A DNA stretch of 64,000 nt from Erysipelotrichaceae bacterium (GCA_041736705.1 JBGSTC010000028.1:20768-84767); one strand, 5' to 3'. Shown: positions 51,376 through 60,240, counted from the first letter of the stretch. Numbers and translations: made by a program. The notes: a model not told the origin generated them from the sequence alone.

Positions 51376-52734
51376 ATGGAAAACAAACTGACATTCCTCG
51401 AACTTGAACAATTGGTGAAGGATCGCCGTTATCAAGCCATCCGCGACGCCTTCGACTACTACAACCTCGTCGACTTGACCAACCATGTCGAGAACCTCGA
51501 CCTCAACGAGATCCTGCTTCTCTTCAAAATCCTCCGCAAGGACATCACCGCGGAGATTTTCACGTATCTTTCCAGCGAAAAACAAGAAGACATCATCACT
51601 TCGTTCACCGGTCCGCAGATCGCCGGGATGCTTGAAAACCTCTACACCGACGACATCGTCGATTTCCTGGAAGAGATGCCGGCCAACGTGGTCAAACACA
51701 TCCTCACCAACGCAACCGCCGAACAGCGGGCAGAAATCAACCTGTTACTGAGTTATCCCGAAGATTCCGCCGGGTCGATCATGACGACCGATTTCGTCGA
51801 ACTCAAAGCCAGCGATACCGTCAAAAAGAGTATTCAAAAGATCAAACAACAGGGTAAAGTCGCCGAAACCATCAGTTACTGCTACGTGGTCGACGTCAAC
51901 CGTGTCCTTGCGGGTTCCATCAAGCTGCGCGACATCCTGTTTGCGGATGAGGACGAACTCATTTCCGTTCTGATGGACACCGACATCGTCTGTGTCACCA
52001 CCACCGACGACCAGGAACACACGGCGGCTTTGATCCGTAAATATGACGTTTCCGTCCTTCCCGTCGTCAACAACGAATCCCGCTTAATCGGGGTCATCAC
52101 CGCCGACGACATCATCGACGTCATCACCGAAGAAACCACGGAAGACATCCAGAAGATGGCCGCCGTCATCCCGACCTCCGATTCGTATCTTCGTACCGGG
52201 GTCTTGGAAATGACGAAAAGCCGGATCGCCTGGCTGTTGGTCCTGATGGTTTCCGCGACCTTCACCGGACTCATCATCCAAGGTTATGAAGTCCAACTCG
52301 CTTCCATCCCAGCACTGGCCGCCGCCATCCCCATGATCATGAGCACCGGCGGTAACGCAGGGTGCCAATCCAGCACCATGGTCATCCGCGGCATCGCGAT
52401 CGACCATATGCGCATCAAGGATTTCGGACTCGTCCTTTGGAAAGAACTCCGCGTCTCGATCGGGATCGGTCTTGTCTTATTCGTAGTCAACTTCTTCCGC
52501 CTCTGGATCTTCATGCCCAGCGATACGCTGATGACGGATCTGGTCATCTCGTTGACCCTGTTTCTCACCGTCATCCTGGCGAATCTTACCGGCGGCATCC
52601 TCCCCCTTGTCGCCCTGGTCTTCAAACAAGACCCCGCGGCGATGGCTTCACCGTTGATCACCACGATCGTCGACGCCCTGGCCTTGATCATCTACTTCAA
52701 CCTTGCGATGGCATTCTTGGGGAATTTGATGTGA
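51376..52734 (+). CDS. mgtE: Magnesium transporter MgtE (copy 2, tandem paralog)
   Basis: Same architecture as copy 1, roughly 50% identical. RBS aggagg. Confidence 0.9.
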   Translation: MENKLTFLELEQLVKDRRYQAIRDAFDYYNLVDLTNHVENLDLNEILLLFKILRKDITAEIFTYLSSEKQEDIITSFTGPQIAGMLENLYTDDIVDFLEEMPANVVKHILTNATAEQRAEINLLLSYPEDSAGSIMTTDFVELKASDTVKKSIQKIKQQGKVAETISYCYVVDVNRVLAGSIKLRDILFADEDELISVLMDTDIVCVTTTDDQEHTAALIRKYDVSVLPVVNNESRLIGVITADDIIDVITEETTEDIQKMAAVIPTSDSYLRTGVLEMTKSRIAWLLVLMVSATFTGLIIQGYEVQLASIPALAAAIPMIMSTGGNAGCQSSTMVIRGIAIDHMRIKDFGLVLWKELRVSIGIGLVLFVVNFFRLWIFMPSDTLMTDLVISLTLFLTVILANLTGGILPLVALVFKQDPAAMASPLITTIVDALALIIYFNLAMAFLGNLM

Positions 52735-52769
52735 GTATGCTATAATATTCGTGGAAATAGGAGAAAAAC

Positions 52770-53480
52770 ATGCCAACACCTCACAATTCAGCCGTGTCCG
52801 GCCAGATCGCGAAAACCGTTCTGATGCCTGGAGATCCCCTCAGGGCGAAAATGATCGCGGAAACCTTTCTTGAAAACGTCGTGAAGTTCAACGATGTTCG
52901 CAATATGTTCGGCTATACAGGAACCTATAAAGGCCATCCGATCTCGGTCATGGGATCGGGGATGGGAATGCCCAGCATCGGGATTTATTCCTTTGAACTC
53001 TATACCCAATATGGCGTCGAAAGCATCATCCGCATCGGATCGGCCGGAGCATATACCGACCAAGTCAAACTCTACGACGTAATTCTCGCGGATAGCGCCT
53101 ATAGCGAATCCAGCTTCGCATCGACGGCTTTCGGGTATCCCGAAGACGTCCAATACCCCGATCAAGAATTGACCCGACATCTTGAAGACGCGGCGAAGAA
53201 ACTGGGGATACCGATGTCGAAGGGGAGAATCCATTCCAGCGATGTCTTCTATCGCGGGACGGGATCGACGACATTCCAGGAAATCTATCGCGACCATGGA
53301 TGCGTCGCGGTCGAAATGGAATCCTTCGCGCTCTTTGCGAATGCACGCTACCTCAACAAGAAAGCAGCCTGCCTGGTGACGATTTCGGACTCGCTGGTCA
53401 CCCATGAAGCGACCAGTGCCGAAGAACGTCAACTTTCCTTCACCAAGATGATGGAAATCGCCTTGGAAATGGCGCTTTAG
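52770..53480 (+). CDS. deoD: Purine nucleoside phosphorylase, DeoD type
   Basis: MPTPHNSAVSGQIAKTVLMPGDPLRAKMIAETFLEN…SIGIY… matches hexameric PNP/UDP-family DeoD. Confidence 0.9.
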   Translation: MPTPHNSAVSGQIAKTVLMPGDPLRAKMIAETFLENVVKFNDVRNMFGYTGTYKGHPISVMGSGMGMPSIGIYSFELYTQYGVESIIRIGSAGAYTDQVKLYDVILADSAYSESSFASTAFGYPEDVQYPDQELTRHLEDAAKKLGIPMSKGRIHSSDVFYRGTGSTTFQEIYRDHGCVAVEMESFALFANARYLNKKAACLVTISDSLVTHEATSAEERQLSFTKMMEIALEMAL

Positions 53481-53491
53481 GCGGATATCCC

Positions 53492-53683
53492 ATGAAAGTG
53501 ATCTTGATCGTCCGCGATCTGAAGACCGAGGAAGATAAGGCGAAGATCGAAGAAGCCATGAATCAGACGAGGATCGATTTCACGGTCAGCCTGAACAATC
53601 ATTGCGTTTCGATCGAAGGCGGAAACGACTTGGTCTATACCGCGAAGACGGCGATCCGGGAAGCCGGATACACCGTCGAATAG
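53492..53683 (+). CDS. Small (63 aa) hypothetical protein, predicted ferredoxin-like betaalphabeta fold
   Basis: Short ORF 11 nt after deoD, followed by a terminator. No metal-binding CxxC. Confidence 0.4.
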   Translation: MKVILIVRDLKTEEDKAKIEEAMNQTRIDFTVSLNNHCVSIEGGNDLVYTAKTAIREAGYTVE

Positions 53684-53698
53684 ACTCACATAGATACG

Positions 53699-53727
53699 AT
53701 TCAGCGGTCTCGGCCGCTGAATTTTTA
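53699..53727 (+). terminator. Rho-independent terminator
   Basis: Hairpin attcagcggtc-tcg-gccgctgaat followed by ttttt. Confidence 0.75.
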
Positions 53728-53789
53728 ACTAAAGTACTTGCGTTCAAATACGTTTCATGGTAACATAAAAAAGCGCTGAAAATGCCTTT

Positions 53790-53882
53790 GGGGAAGTACT
53801 CAAGAGGCCGAAGAGGTGCCCCTGCTAAGGGCATAGGTCGGGTTAAACTGGCGCGAGGGTTCAAATCCCTCCTTCCCCGCCA
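53790..53882 (+). tRNA. tRNA-Ser (anticodon GCT), class II with a long variable arm
   Basis: Manual fold: acceptor GGGGAAG/CTTCCCC, anticodon stem TGCCC/GGGCA with loop CTGCTAA, long extra arm, T-loop GGTTCAAATCC, genomically encoded CCA. Confidence 0.85.
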
Positions 53883-53895
53883 TTTTCAAAAACAT

Positions 53896-53971
53896 GGTCC
53901 AGTGGTGTAGTGGTTAACATGCCTCCCTGTCACGGAGGAGATCGCGGGTTCGATCCCCGTCTGGACCGCCA
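53896..53971 (+). tRNA. tRNA-Asp (anticodon GTC)
   Basis: Acceptor GGTCCAG/CTGGACC, anticodon loop CTGTCAC, T-loop GGTTCGATCC, encoded CCA. Confidence 0.85.
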
Positions 53972-53975
53972 TTTT

Positions 53976-54049
53976 GCAGGTGTAGTTCAATGGTAGAACG
54001 CGACCTTGCCAAGGTCGACACGGGGGTTCGATTCCCCTCACCTGCTCCA
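53976..54049 (+). tRNA. tRNA-Gly (anticodon GCC)
   Basis: Acceptor GCAGGTG/CACCTGC, anticodon stem-loop CGACC-TTGCCAA-GGTCG, T-loop GGTTCGATTCC, encoded CCA. Its 3' end (tcccctcacctgctcca) is repeated downstream at 57661 and 59261. Confidence 0.85.
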
Positions 54050-54053
54050 ATGT

Positions 54054-54085
54054 CATTCAGGCCCTTAAGATGGGGCTTTTTTTGT
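54054..54085 (+). terminator. Terminator after the tRNA cluster
   Basis: Short GC hairpin (gccc…gggc) followed by a T7 run. Confidence 0.5.
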
Positions 54086-54318
54086 GCTCTGACTATACAT
54101 TGACTATACAAATCGATAAAATATCGCTAATTTATCGTGTTTCTTGAAGAATTGATGACTTTTAGACCCAAAAGTTCTAGATCGTTAAGCATGTTGCACA
54201 TGGATTTTTAATATGATAGTATATTATCAAGATACTCGGGGTGGGGGAGGTGAGATCACCAAATATAAACAATCACAGAATTGATTTCTGTCTTTTGAAT
54301 GTAAAAAGGAGTAGTTTT

Positions 54319-54705
54319 ATGAACTTCAAGAAGAAGGCAGTAGTCATCGCAATCATGATTATGATCATTCCAGTTATCAATGTTTTCGCAAATACTATTA
54401 CTATAAACCATACGGCGGGTCAAGTACTTGGTGTTGTTAGCGGAAGTTCACACGGTACGAAGTACAAAGCGACCAAATTAACAGCATCAGGCTGCGCCAA
54501 CTCAGCTGGAGAATACTCCGGATATGGAACTTCGCAATATGCATATTTGACAACTTCTAATACAGTTTGGGTTACACCAGAACCTGGGTTTGGACATTAT
54601 CATATGTATGTTGCGTTTTCAGGTATTCCAGATGATTTGCCTGCAGGTTCAAAATGGTCTCTAGATTACCTATATAATATCGGCCAGTTCCCAGTATACT
54701 ATTAA
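54319..54705 (+). CDS. Secreted small protein, putative lactococcin-972-family bacteriocin precursor
   Basis: A signal peptide (MNFKKKAVVIAIMIMIIPVINVFA) is followed by a G/S/T/Y-rich mature region. Local similarity to lactococcin 972 (GVSSAYSNYHHGSKTHSAT vs GVVSGSSHGTKYKAT). The gene context matches the Lcn972 operon: a large 7TM immunity/transport protein plus an ABC ATPase. RBS aaaaaggag. Confidence 0.5.
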   Translation: MNFKKKAVVIAIMIMIIPVINVFANTITINHTAGQVLGVVSGSSHGTKYKATKLTASGCANSAGEYSGYGTSQYAYLTTSNTVWVTPEPGFGHYHMYVAFSGIPDDLPAGSKWSLDYLYNIGQFPVYY

Positions 54706-54737
54706 ATAATCATTTAGCACTTAGGGAGGAATATGTT

Positions 54738-56783
54738 GTGAAGAAAAAGTTGATTCTATCGACGATTGTACTTTGCTTCTCTCTTAGTTTTTATGCAATG
54801 CAACGATTCAATGAGAAACTTTGGACACAGGTCAATGGGATGCCCTCAACAAATAAAATAGTCTTCACGATAAGTAGCAACAGCGAGTTCTCAAGAGCTG
54901 AACTCGTTAATCTACTCGTAAATGGAGCCAAGAAATTTGAAGTTGATTTAAAAACAGCATATTTCTCGAACGGAGTTTTAAGAGCCTATATGTTCCTTGT
55001 TGATCAAGAGAGCGCTTTTAGTCAAGTTCCATTGATTTTAACGTCTGAAGTTGACTTTGCTACTGTTGATCAAGATATATACCTTTCAACTGATAAGAAA
55101 GATCCGAACAGCTCCGGGTATCTTTACACGGTATTTCCATTAGGTGTATCCGTAGCAGAGTATCATTCATTCCACGACTTGATTTATGGAGATGCGCAAC
55201 TTTTTGGTTGGTATAATGCTTCTTCCGTTAACATTGAAAATGCTAAAGCATTCACGCAATACATTAAGAATTTATTACCTAATAATGTTCATATAGGGAG
55301 TGGCACATACGGCGAAACGAATGATGTGTCTTCTCGAAACGAAATTCTACTCATTTCGTTTTTACTTTTTGTCCTCTTGTTACTCATGGAAATTTCGAAA
55401 AATATGAAGGAGATTTCGTTACGTAAATCATTTGGAGAAAAGATTGAGAAGATTATCTATGATTTGTTTACTCCATTCTTTCTTACTACTTTAATTAGTG
55501 CTATATTGACATTCACATTTTCATATTGGATACTAATTCGCACCATAAATCGGTACACACAAGAATACATTATGCAACTTGGATTATATTTTTTACTGGT
55601 TATCGGATTGACTCTCATTTTATTGTCTGTTTTATGTTTGGTCGTATTCTTTGTTTCGCCGGTAAGTATCATCAAAAATCGGAGCATAAACCAATCAATC
55701 TCAAATTTCAATTTTGTACTTAAGATCGTCTTTATTGTATTCTTATTTCCCCAACTACTTGGATATGCTCGAAATTCGATCGATCAATCATCCGTTTTAG
55801 TTGAATATCTAAATTATGTGGATATCATAAAATCAAACATTAATCGAAGCGGGCTTAATCCAAATGCTAGTATTGTAGGTAATCAAGAAGAACAAATTGA
55901 ACAGTCACTGCAATATAATTATTACGGTATTAAGAATAGTGATTTTTTCATTACCTATAACGAACAAGATCTTCCGGATGAAATGTTACCTGATTCAAGA
56001 AAATATGTTAATTATATGTATGTTCAAATGACAAAAAATTACTTTAAATACTATCCCCTGGAAATAAAAGAAATTGATCTTGAAACAATCAATGAGCCGA
56101 TTCTGCTGGTTAGTCAGTTCAGAAGGAGAAACATTGGATTTACTTATAAATCAGTATGTTCTGAGTGTAAAATTATTGTCACTGAAACAGAATATAGAAT
56201 CCCTGATTTTACCGCTATGTTTCAAGCAAGTTATAAGAGTCCGTTGCTTGTAATTTACCCATCAATTCAAGATATTGTTAAGTTAACTGGAATTAAGTAT
56301 ATGCCATCCGGAGGATTTTACTATCATTCAATTAACCCGAATAAAGCGATTCTCAAACGTGATGAACTAACTGATTTCTTCGGGAACACTTGGATATTCA
56401 CCAATCAAGAGAGTTCGATTCGTCGAACCATTACTGAGTTATCGATTGCGACCTATTATTCAAACATTATCTTTTTACAGTGTTTAGCCGCCTTGATATT
56501 GATCATATTGCATGGTATCACCGTACTCTATGATCTCAATAAGAAAGAAATCGCTGTGCATTATCAAGTTGGGTATTCTTTCATTCAACGAAGCGCCTAT
56601 ATTGTGATTCAAGATGCAATATTGTTTATGTTGTTGGGAGGTTATCTTTTATTACAGAAATTCCACTTCATCGAAGCGGTCGTATATGCCTTGGGCATCG
56701 CTTTACTCAATCTAATCCTCGCCTCGATTCATCTATTACGAAACGAAAAGAATCAAGCTATCGAATCCATCAAGAATGGGTAG
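54738..56783 (+). CDS. Bacteriocin-associated integral membrane protein (Lcn972-operon type putative immunity/transport permease)
   Basis: 681 aa. N-terminal TM, large extracytoplasmic domain, then FtsX-like multi-TM regions. GTG start with RBS agggagga. Directly upstream of an ABC ATPase. Low GC, about 33%. Confidence 0.65.
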   Translation: MKKKLILSTIVLCFSLSFYAMQRFNEKLWTQVNGMPSTNKIVFTISSNSEFSRAELVNLLVNGAKKFEVDLKTAYFSNGVLRAYMFLVDQESAFSQVPLILTSEVDFATVDQDIYLSTDKKDPNSSGYLYTVFPLGVSVAEYHSFHDLIYGDAQLFGWYNASSVNIENAKAFTQYIKNLLPNNVHIGSGTYGETNDVSSRNEILLISFLLFVLLLLMEISKNMKEISLRKSFGEKIEKIIYDLFTPFFLTTLISAILTFTFSYWILIRTINRYTQEYIMQLGLYFLLVIGLTLILLSVLCLVVFFVSPVSIIKNRSINQSISNFNFVLKIVFIVFLFPQLLGYARNSIDQSSVLVEYLNYVDIIKSNINRSGLNPNASIVGNQEEQIEQSLQYNYYGIKNSDFFITYNEQDLPDEMLPDSRKYVNYMYVQMTKNYFKYYPLEIKEIDLETINEPILLVSQFRRRNIGFTYKSVCSECKIIVTETEYRIPDFTAMFQASYKSPLLVIYPSIQDIVKLTGIKYMPSGGFYYHSINPNKAILKRDELTDFFGNTWIFTNQESSIRRTITELSIATYYSNIIFLQCLAALILIILHGITVLYDLNKKEIAVHYQVGYSFIQRSAYIVIQDAILFMLLGGYLLLQKFHFIEAVVYALGIALLNLILASIHLLRNEKNQAIESIKNG

Positions 56784-56794
56784 GAGAAAAATAC

Positions 56795-57424
56795 ATGATA
56801 CTGGTTGAAGCGAATTCAATAGTTAAATCATATGGAAGTCAGAAGGTACTTAATGGGCTGTCCTTTAGCGTGGCAACAAACGAAATGGTAGCGATCATGG
56901 GTAAGTCTGGGACAGGGAAGTCAACATTGTTAAACATCTTGGGACTACTCGACAAACCAGATCATGGGGACTTGACATTATTTGACTTAATCAATGTCCG
57001 CCCATTTAGTTCAAAAGCTTCGAATATCCTGCGAAACAAAATCGGCTTTCTGTTTCAAAACTTCGCTCTTATCGACAATAAGACGGTCGAGTATAATATT
57101 GCACTGGCACTTAAGAATCGTCGAAAGATAAACAAAGCTGATGAAGTCGCAGGTGCGTTGAAAAAAGTTGGATTGGAAGGCTTTGAGAAAAAATACATCT
57201 ATCAATGCTCAGGCGGAGAACAGCAACGGATCGCAGTCGCTCGACTACTACTAAAACCATGCGAGCTGGTGTTGGCAGACGAACCGACCGGGAGTCTGGA
57301 TTTGCAGAATCGCGATGAGATCATTCGTCTCTTGTTACTGTTGAAAGAAGTTGGCAAAACCGTAATCATTGTGACACATGATCCGGAAGTCGCGAGTAAA
57401 TGTGATCGTACAATATTTCTTTGA
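56795..57424 (+). CDS. ABC transporter ATP-binding protein (bacteriocin export/immunity type)
   Basis: Walker A GKSGTGKST, ABC signature CSGGEQQR, Walker B LVLADEPTGSLD. 209 aa. Confidence 0.85.
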   Translation: MILVEANSIVKSYGSQKVLNGLSFSVATNEMVAIMGKSGTGKSTLLNILGLLDKPDHGDLTLFDLINVRPFSSKASNILRNKIGFLFQNFALIDNKTVEYNIALALKNRRKINKADEVAGALKKVGLEGFEKKYIYQCSGGEQQRIAVARLLLKPCELVLADEPTGSLDLQNRDEIIRLLLLLKEVGKTVIIVTHDPEVASKCDRTIFL

Positions 57425-57677
57425 AAATCCCCTCACCAGTTAGTTTTAGTGTACCATAAATGAATTGAGTGATGTTTAACAGGAGAACACCAGGTACCCC
57501 TAATGACGGGTAAAACCATTCGTTTACTTTAGTCAAGATCCAGTTACTGACTATACAATTGACTATACAATACGTTACTAAATCCAATTGAAAAGAAGGA
57601 AACTAAAGGATTTGGGGGGATTTAGAGGGGATAATAAAGTTTGACACAAAAACTATTAAATCCCCTCACCTGCTCCA
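57425..57677 (+). repeat. About 253-bp direct repeat, copy A (right arm of island 1)
   Basis: Near-identical to 59025-59277, with about 6 mismatches. It begins with aaatcccctcacc and ends with aaatcccctcacctgctcca. Contains tandem 11-mer tgactatacaa x2 and ggatttggggggatttagagggg. Confidence 0.85.
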
Positions 57678-57939
57678 TATGCATTTTAAGCCCTGAATAA
57701 AGGCTTTTTTTTGTGCCTATCAGTTCCAAAATTAACCATTGCTTTTTAAGCGGTTTTTCATATATTATTATGTGAGTATTACCTTCACAAAGAGAAGGAT
57801 CAAAATGTTGTAAACAGGTTTATAAATGGGAAAGTAGAATAGCGAAGACATCAATTGTTGTTTTGATCGTAGATTAGCATCAAGAACCATTCAAACAAGA
57901 AAGATTGACACCAGTTTAAGGTGCAAAAGGGGAACAAAA

Positions 57940-58746
57940 TTGAATATTGAAGATATTTTGTCAGCCGGATATGAGATGAAAGCTGCTGAAGCGGGTAGTT
58001 GGAGAATATATGATGAAGAGAATCCCATACCTGGATATTTTGAATTTGATTGGCTAAGCAGCCGGTTTCCCGATTTATATCATGAATTTGCGATATCCAC
58101 CATTGGACTAATAAACAAACTACATACAATCATCGACTTCTCAGAAATGCATGTTTTGGATGTAGGAGCCGGGACTGGAAGATCCTCAATTGAATTATCG
58201 AAACGGGCGAAAAAGGTCGATAGTACAGATGTCTATCGTTCGGTGATCGATTTTGGGAAAAATGAAATACAAAGATTAGGTATTCATAATATTGAATACA
58301 CGTATGGTGATCGTGATAAGCTTCCTTTTGATGATAGTAGCTTCGATGCTGTGGTTTTTTCATGGGCTGAACCAAATTACATAGAAGCATATCGTGTACT
58401 GAAGAACAATGGATACATTATTCAAATGGCATCCATACCTGAAGCGATATGTGGCGAGATAACCGATGTTTTACATGGGACAAATAGTAATGATCAGAAA
58501 ATATTCCTCTCAAGTTATCCTGATGAATTTGAGCAAAGAGACAATACAGTCTTTTCAAGTATTCCACTTGTTGGTTTGGTTGATGTACATCGCTTCACTT
58601 ATTTGTCAAAGTATAAGTCAACTGAAGAATTGGCATCAATTGTAGGCCGTCTTTATGGACCTAAAGCAAAAGAATATTTTACAACTCGCAAACAAGATAC
58701 TTATGCATGGAGAAATGAAATACTAATCGGACAAGTTGTAAAATAA
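57940..58746 (+). CDS. Class I SAM-dependent methyltransferase (Methyltransf_11-like)
   Basis: SAM-binding motif I (VLDVGAGTGRSSIEL) and motif post-I (…KKVDSTDV…). TTG start with RBS aaagggga. Low GC. Confidence 0.7.
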   Translation: MNIEDILSAGYEMKAAEAGSWRIYDEENPIPGYFEFDWLSSRFPDLYHEFAISTIGLINKLHTIIDFSEMHVLDVGAGTGRSSIELSKRAKKVDSTDVYRSVIDFGKNEIQRLGIHNIEYTYGDRDKLPFDDSSFDAVVFSWAEPNYIEAYRVLKNNGYIIQMASIPEAICGEITDVLHGTNSNDQKIFLSSYPDEFEQRDNTVFSSIPLVGLVDVHRFTYLSKYKSTEELASIVGRLYGPKAKEYFTTRKQDTYAWRNEILIGQVVK

Positions 58747-59024
58747 GGACTATTTTGGAATAAGTCGACTTTTTGTAGAGTCAAAATGATTAAGTTGTAT
58801 TAATACAAAAGGTGAATCACTGCCAAACAACAATTGTCGTGTGTGTTGGTATAAACGGTGCCATTGTTACTTTCTTGCAAGTAATCATAATATGTCATGT
58901 GATTTTCTGATTTGTGACTATACAATTGACTATACAAAAGGTGCGAGCCCGTGAAGACTGGTAAAGAATGGTAAAGAATATGCGGGGATTGAAGGGGATT
59001 GAAGGATTGGTTAAAGGTTATTTC

Positions 59025-59277
59025 AAATCCCCTCACCAGTTAGTTTTAGTGTACCATAAATGAATTGAGTGATGTTTAACAGGAGAACACCAGGTACCCC
59101 TAATGACGGGTAAAACCATTCGTTTACTTTAGTCAAGATCCAGTTACTGACTATGCAATTGACTATACAATACGTTATTAAATCCAATTGAAAAGAAGGA
59201 AACTAAAGGATTTGGGGGGGTTTAGAGGGGATTATAAAGTTTGACACAAAAACTATAAAATCCCCTCACCTGCTCCA
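59025..59277 (+). repeat. About 253-bp direct repeat, copy B (right arm of island 2)
   Basis: Exactly 1600 bp downstream of copy A. Same boundaries and internal motifs. Confidence 0.85.
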
Positions 59278-59288
59278 TCGCCAATCAA

Positions 59289-59316
59289 GTTCCGACGGAA
59301 CTTTTATTTTTGTAGA
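59289..59316 (+). terminator. Rho-independent terminator immediately after the distal att-like repeat
   Basis: Perfect hairpin aagttcc-gac-ggaactt followed by ttatttttg. Confidence 0.6.
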
Positions 59317-59389
59317 AATTCGTGGTAAAATTGGATCGTTCAGATTTAGCGATTTTATCATTAGAAAAAAATCACAGCGAAGGAGAAAA

Positions 59390-60190
59390 ATGAGCAAAAT
59401 TAAACTACATATCTTACCAGATGAAGACGATTTCGAAAGTGCCGAGGTCCATGTGTTCGCGACCGTCGAAGGAGACGAGTTCGAATTCTTGCTGGATACC
59501 GGTGCGGGGACAAGCAGTATCCGTAACAGCGAGTTCACGATGCATTATCCTGTGATGTATGTTAAAAAATCGGCAGGTGTATTCGCGCAACATGCAGATG
59601 ACTTGATCAAGATCCCGTCGTTCAAGTTGGGTCCGATCTTAAAAACCGGAGTCGAATTCTATCGGATCGACGGGGAAGTCGGCATGACGAACCTGATCGG
59701 GATGAACATCATGAAAGACTATGCCTTCTACTTCGACTTCAAAAACAACACGATGGAAATCAACCCGGATTCGACGCGTTATGCGAAAGACAGCCATGAA
59801 ATCATCCTGGATGAGAAATATCATCCCTATATCCCTGTGAAGTTCGACGATGAGGAAGTGCTGGCGGTATGGGATACCGGCGCAAGCATCACCGTGGTCG
59901 ACCATGGGTTCATCGCACTGCATACGTCCCATTTCAAACTCGTCGGCGAATCGACCGGAACGGATTCCACCGGTGAATCGATGCAGACGCCGCTCTATGA
60001 AATGAAGGGGATGAGCATCGACGGACATTTATTTCCAACGCATCATGTCGCAGGCGTCGACTTGTCGCTGATCAATTCGACGGTCGATACGAAGATGAAT
60101 CTGATCTTGGGGTATAGTACCTTACGCCATGCGGATTGGTGGTTCAATTTCCCAGGGAAGAAGTGGCGGATTACGAAGTTCAGAGGCTGA
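59390..60190 (+). CDS. Bilobed retropepsin-like aspartyl protease (two DTGA motifs in one chain)
   Basis: Motifs FLLDTGAGTSSI (lobe 1) and AVWDTGASITVVD (lobe 2), each in a roughly 120-aa retropepsin-like segment. RBS gaaggag. Confidence 0.65.
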   Translation: MSKIKLHILPDEDDFESAEVHVFATVEGDEFEFLLDTGAGTSSIRNSEFTMHYPVMYVKKSAGVFAQHADDLIKIPSFKLGPILKTGVEFYRIDGEVGMTNLIGMNIMKDYAFYFDFKNNTMEINPDSTRYAKDSHEIILDEKYHPYIPVKFDDEEVLAVWDTGASITVVDHGFIALHTSHFKLVGESTGTDSTGESMQTPLYEMKGMSIDGHLFPTHHVAGVDLSLINSTVDTKMNLILGYSTLRHADWWFNFPGKKWRITKFRG

Positions 60191-60207
60191 CAATCCAGTG
60201 ATAGATA

Positions 60208-60240
60208 CAAGCTCCCAAATAATCGGGAGCTTTATTATTT
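60208..60240 (+). terminator. Rho-independent terminator after the aspartyl protease gene
   Basis: Hairpin agctcccaaataatcgggagct followed by ttattattt. Confidence 0.7.

Larger units (their letters stand above)
54050..59277 (+). mobile_element. Two tandem integrated islands at the tRNA-Gly 3' end, each bounded on the right by a direct copy of the tRNA 3' terminus plus a ~253-bp conserved arm. No integrase in the window.
   Basis: Direct repeats of tcccctcacctgctcca at 54033-54049 (genuine tRNA end), 57661-57677 and 59261-59277. Island 1 is 54050-57677 (bacteriocin locus) and island 2 is 57678-59277 (methyltransferase). The 22-mer tgactatacaattgactatacaa occurs four times: near attL and inside both right arms. 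Confidence 0.6.

Noticed and set aside
53914-54111. 65-aa minus-strand ORF overlapping tRNA-Asp and tRNA-Gly
   Set aside because: It overlaps two clear tRNA genes and is an artefact of the six-frame track.
54050-59400. Integrase or recombinase gene associated with the tRNA-Gly islands
   Set aside because: No ORF in or flanking the islands carries tyrosine-recombinase (R..H..R..Y) or serine-recombinase signatures. The islands are therefore reported as integrase-less.
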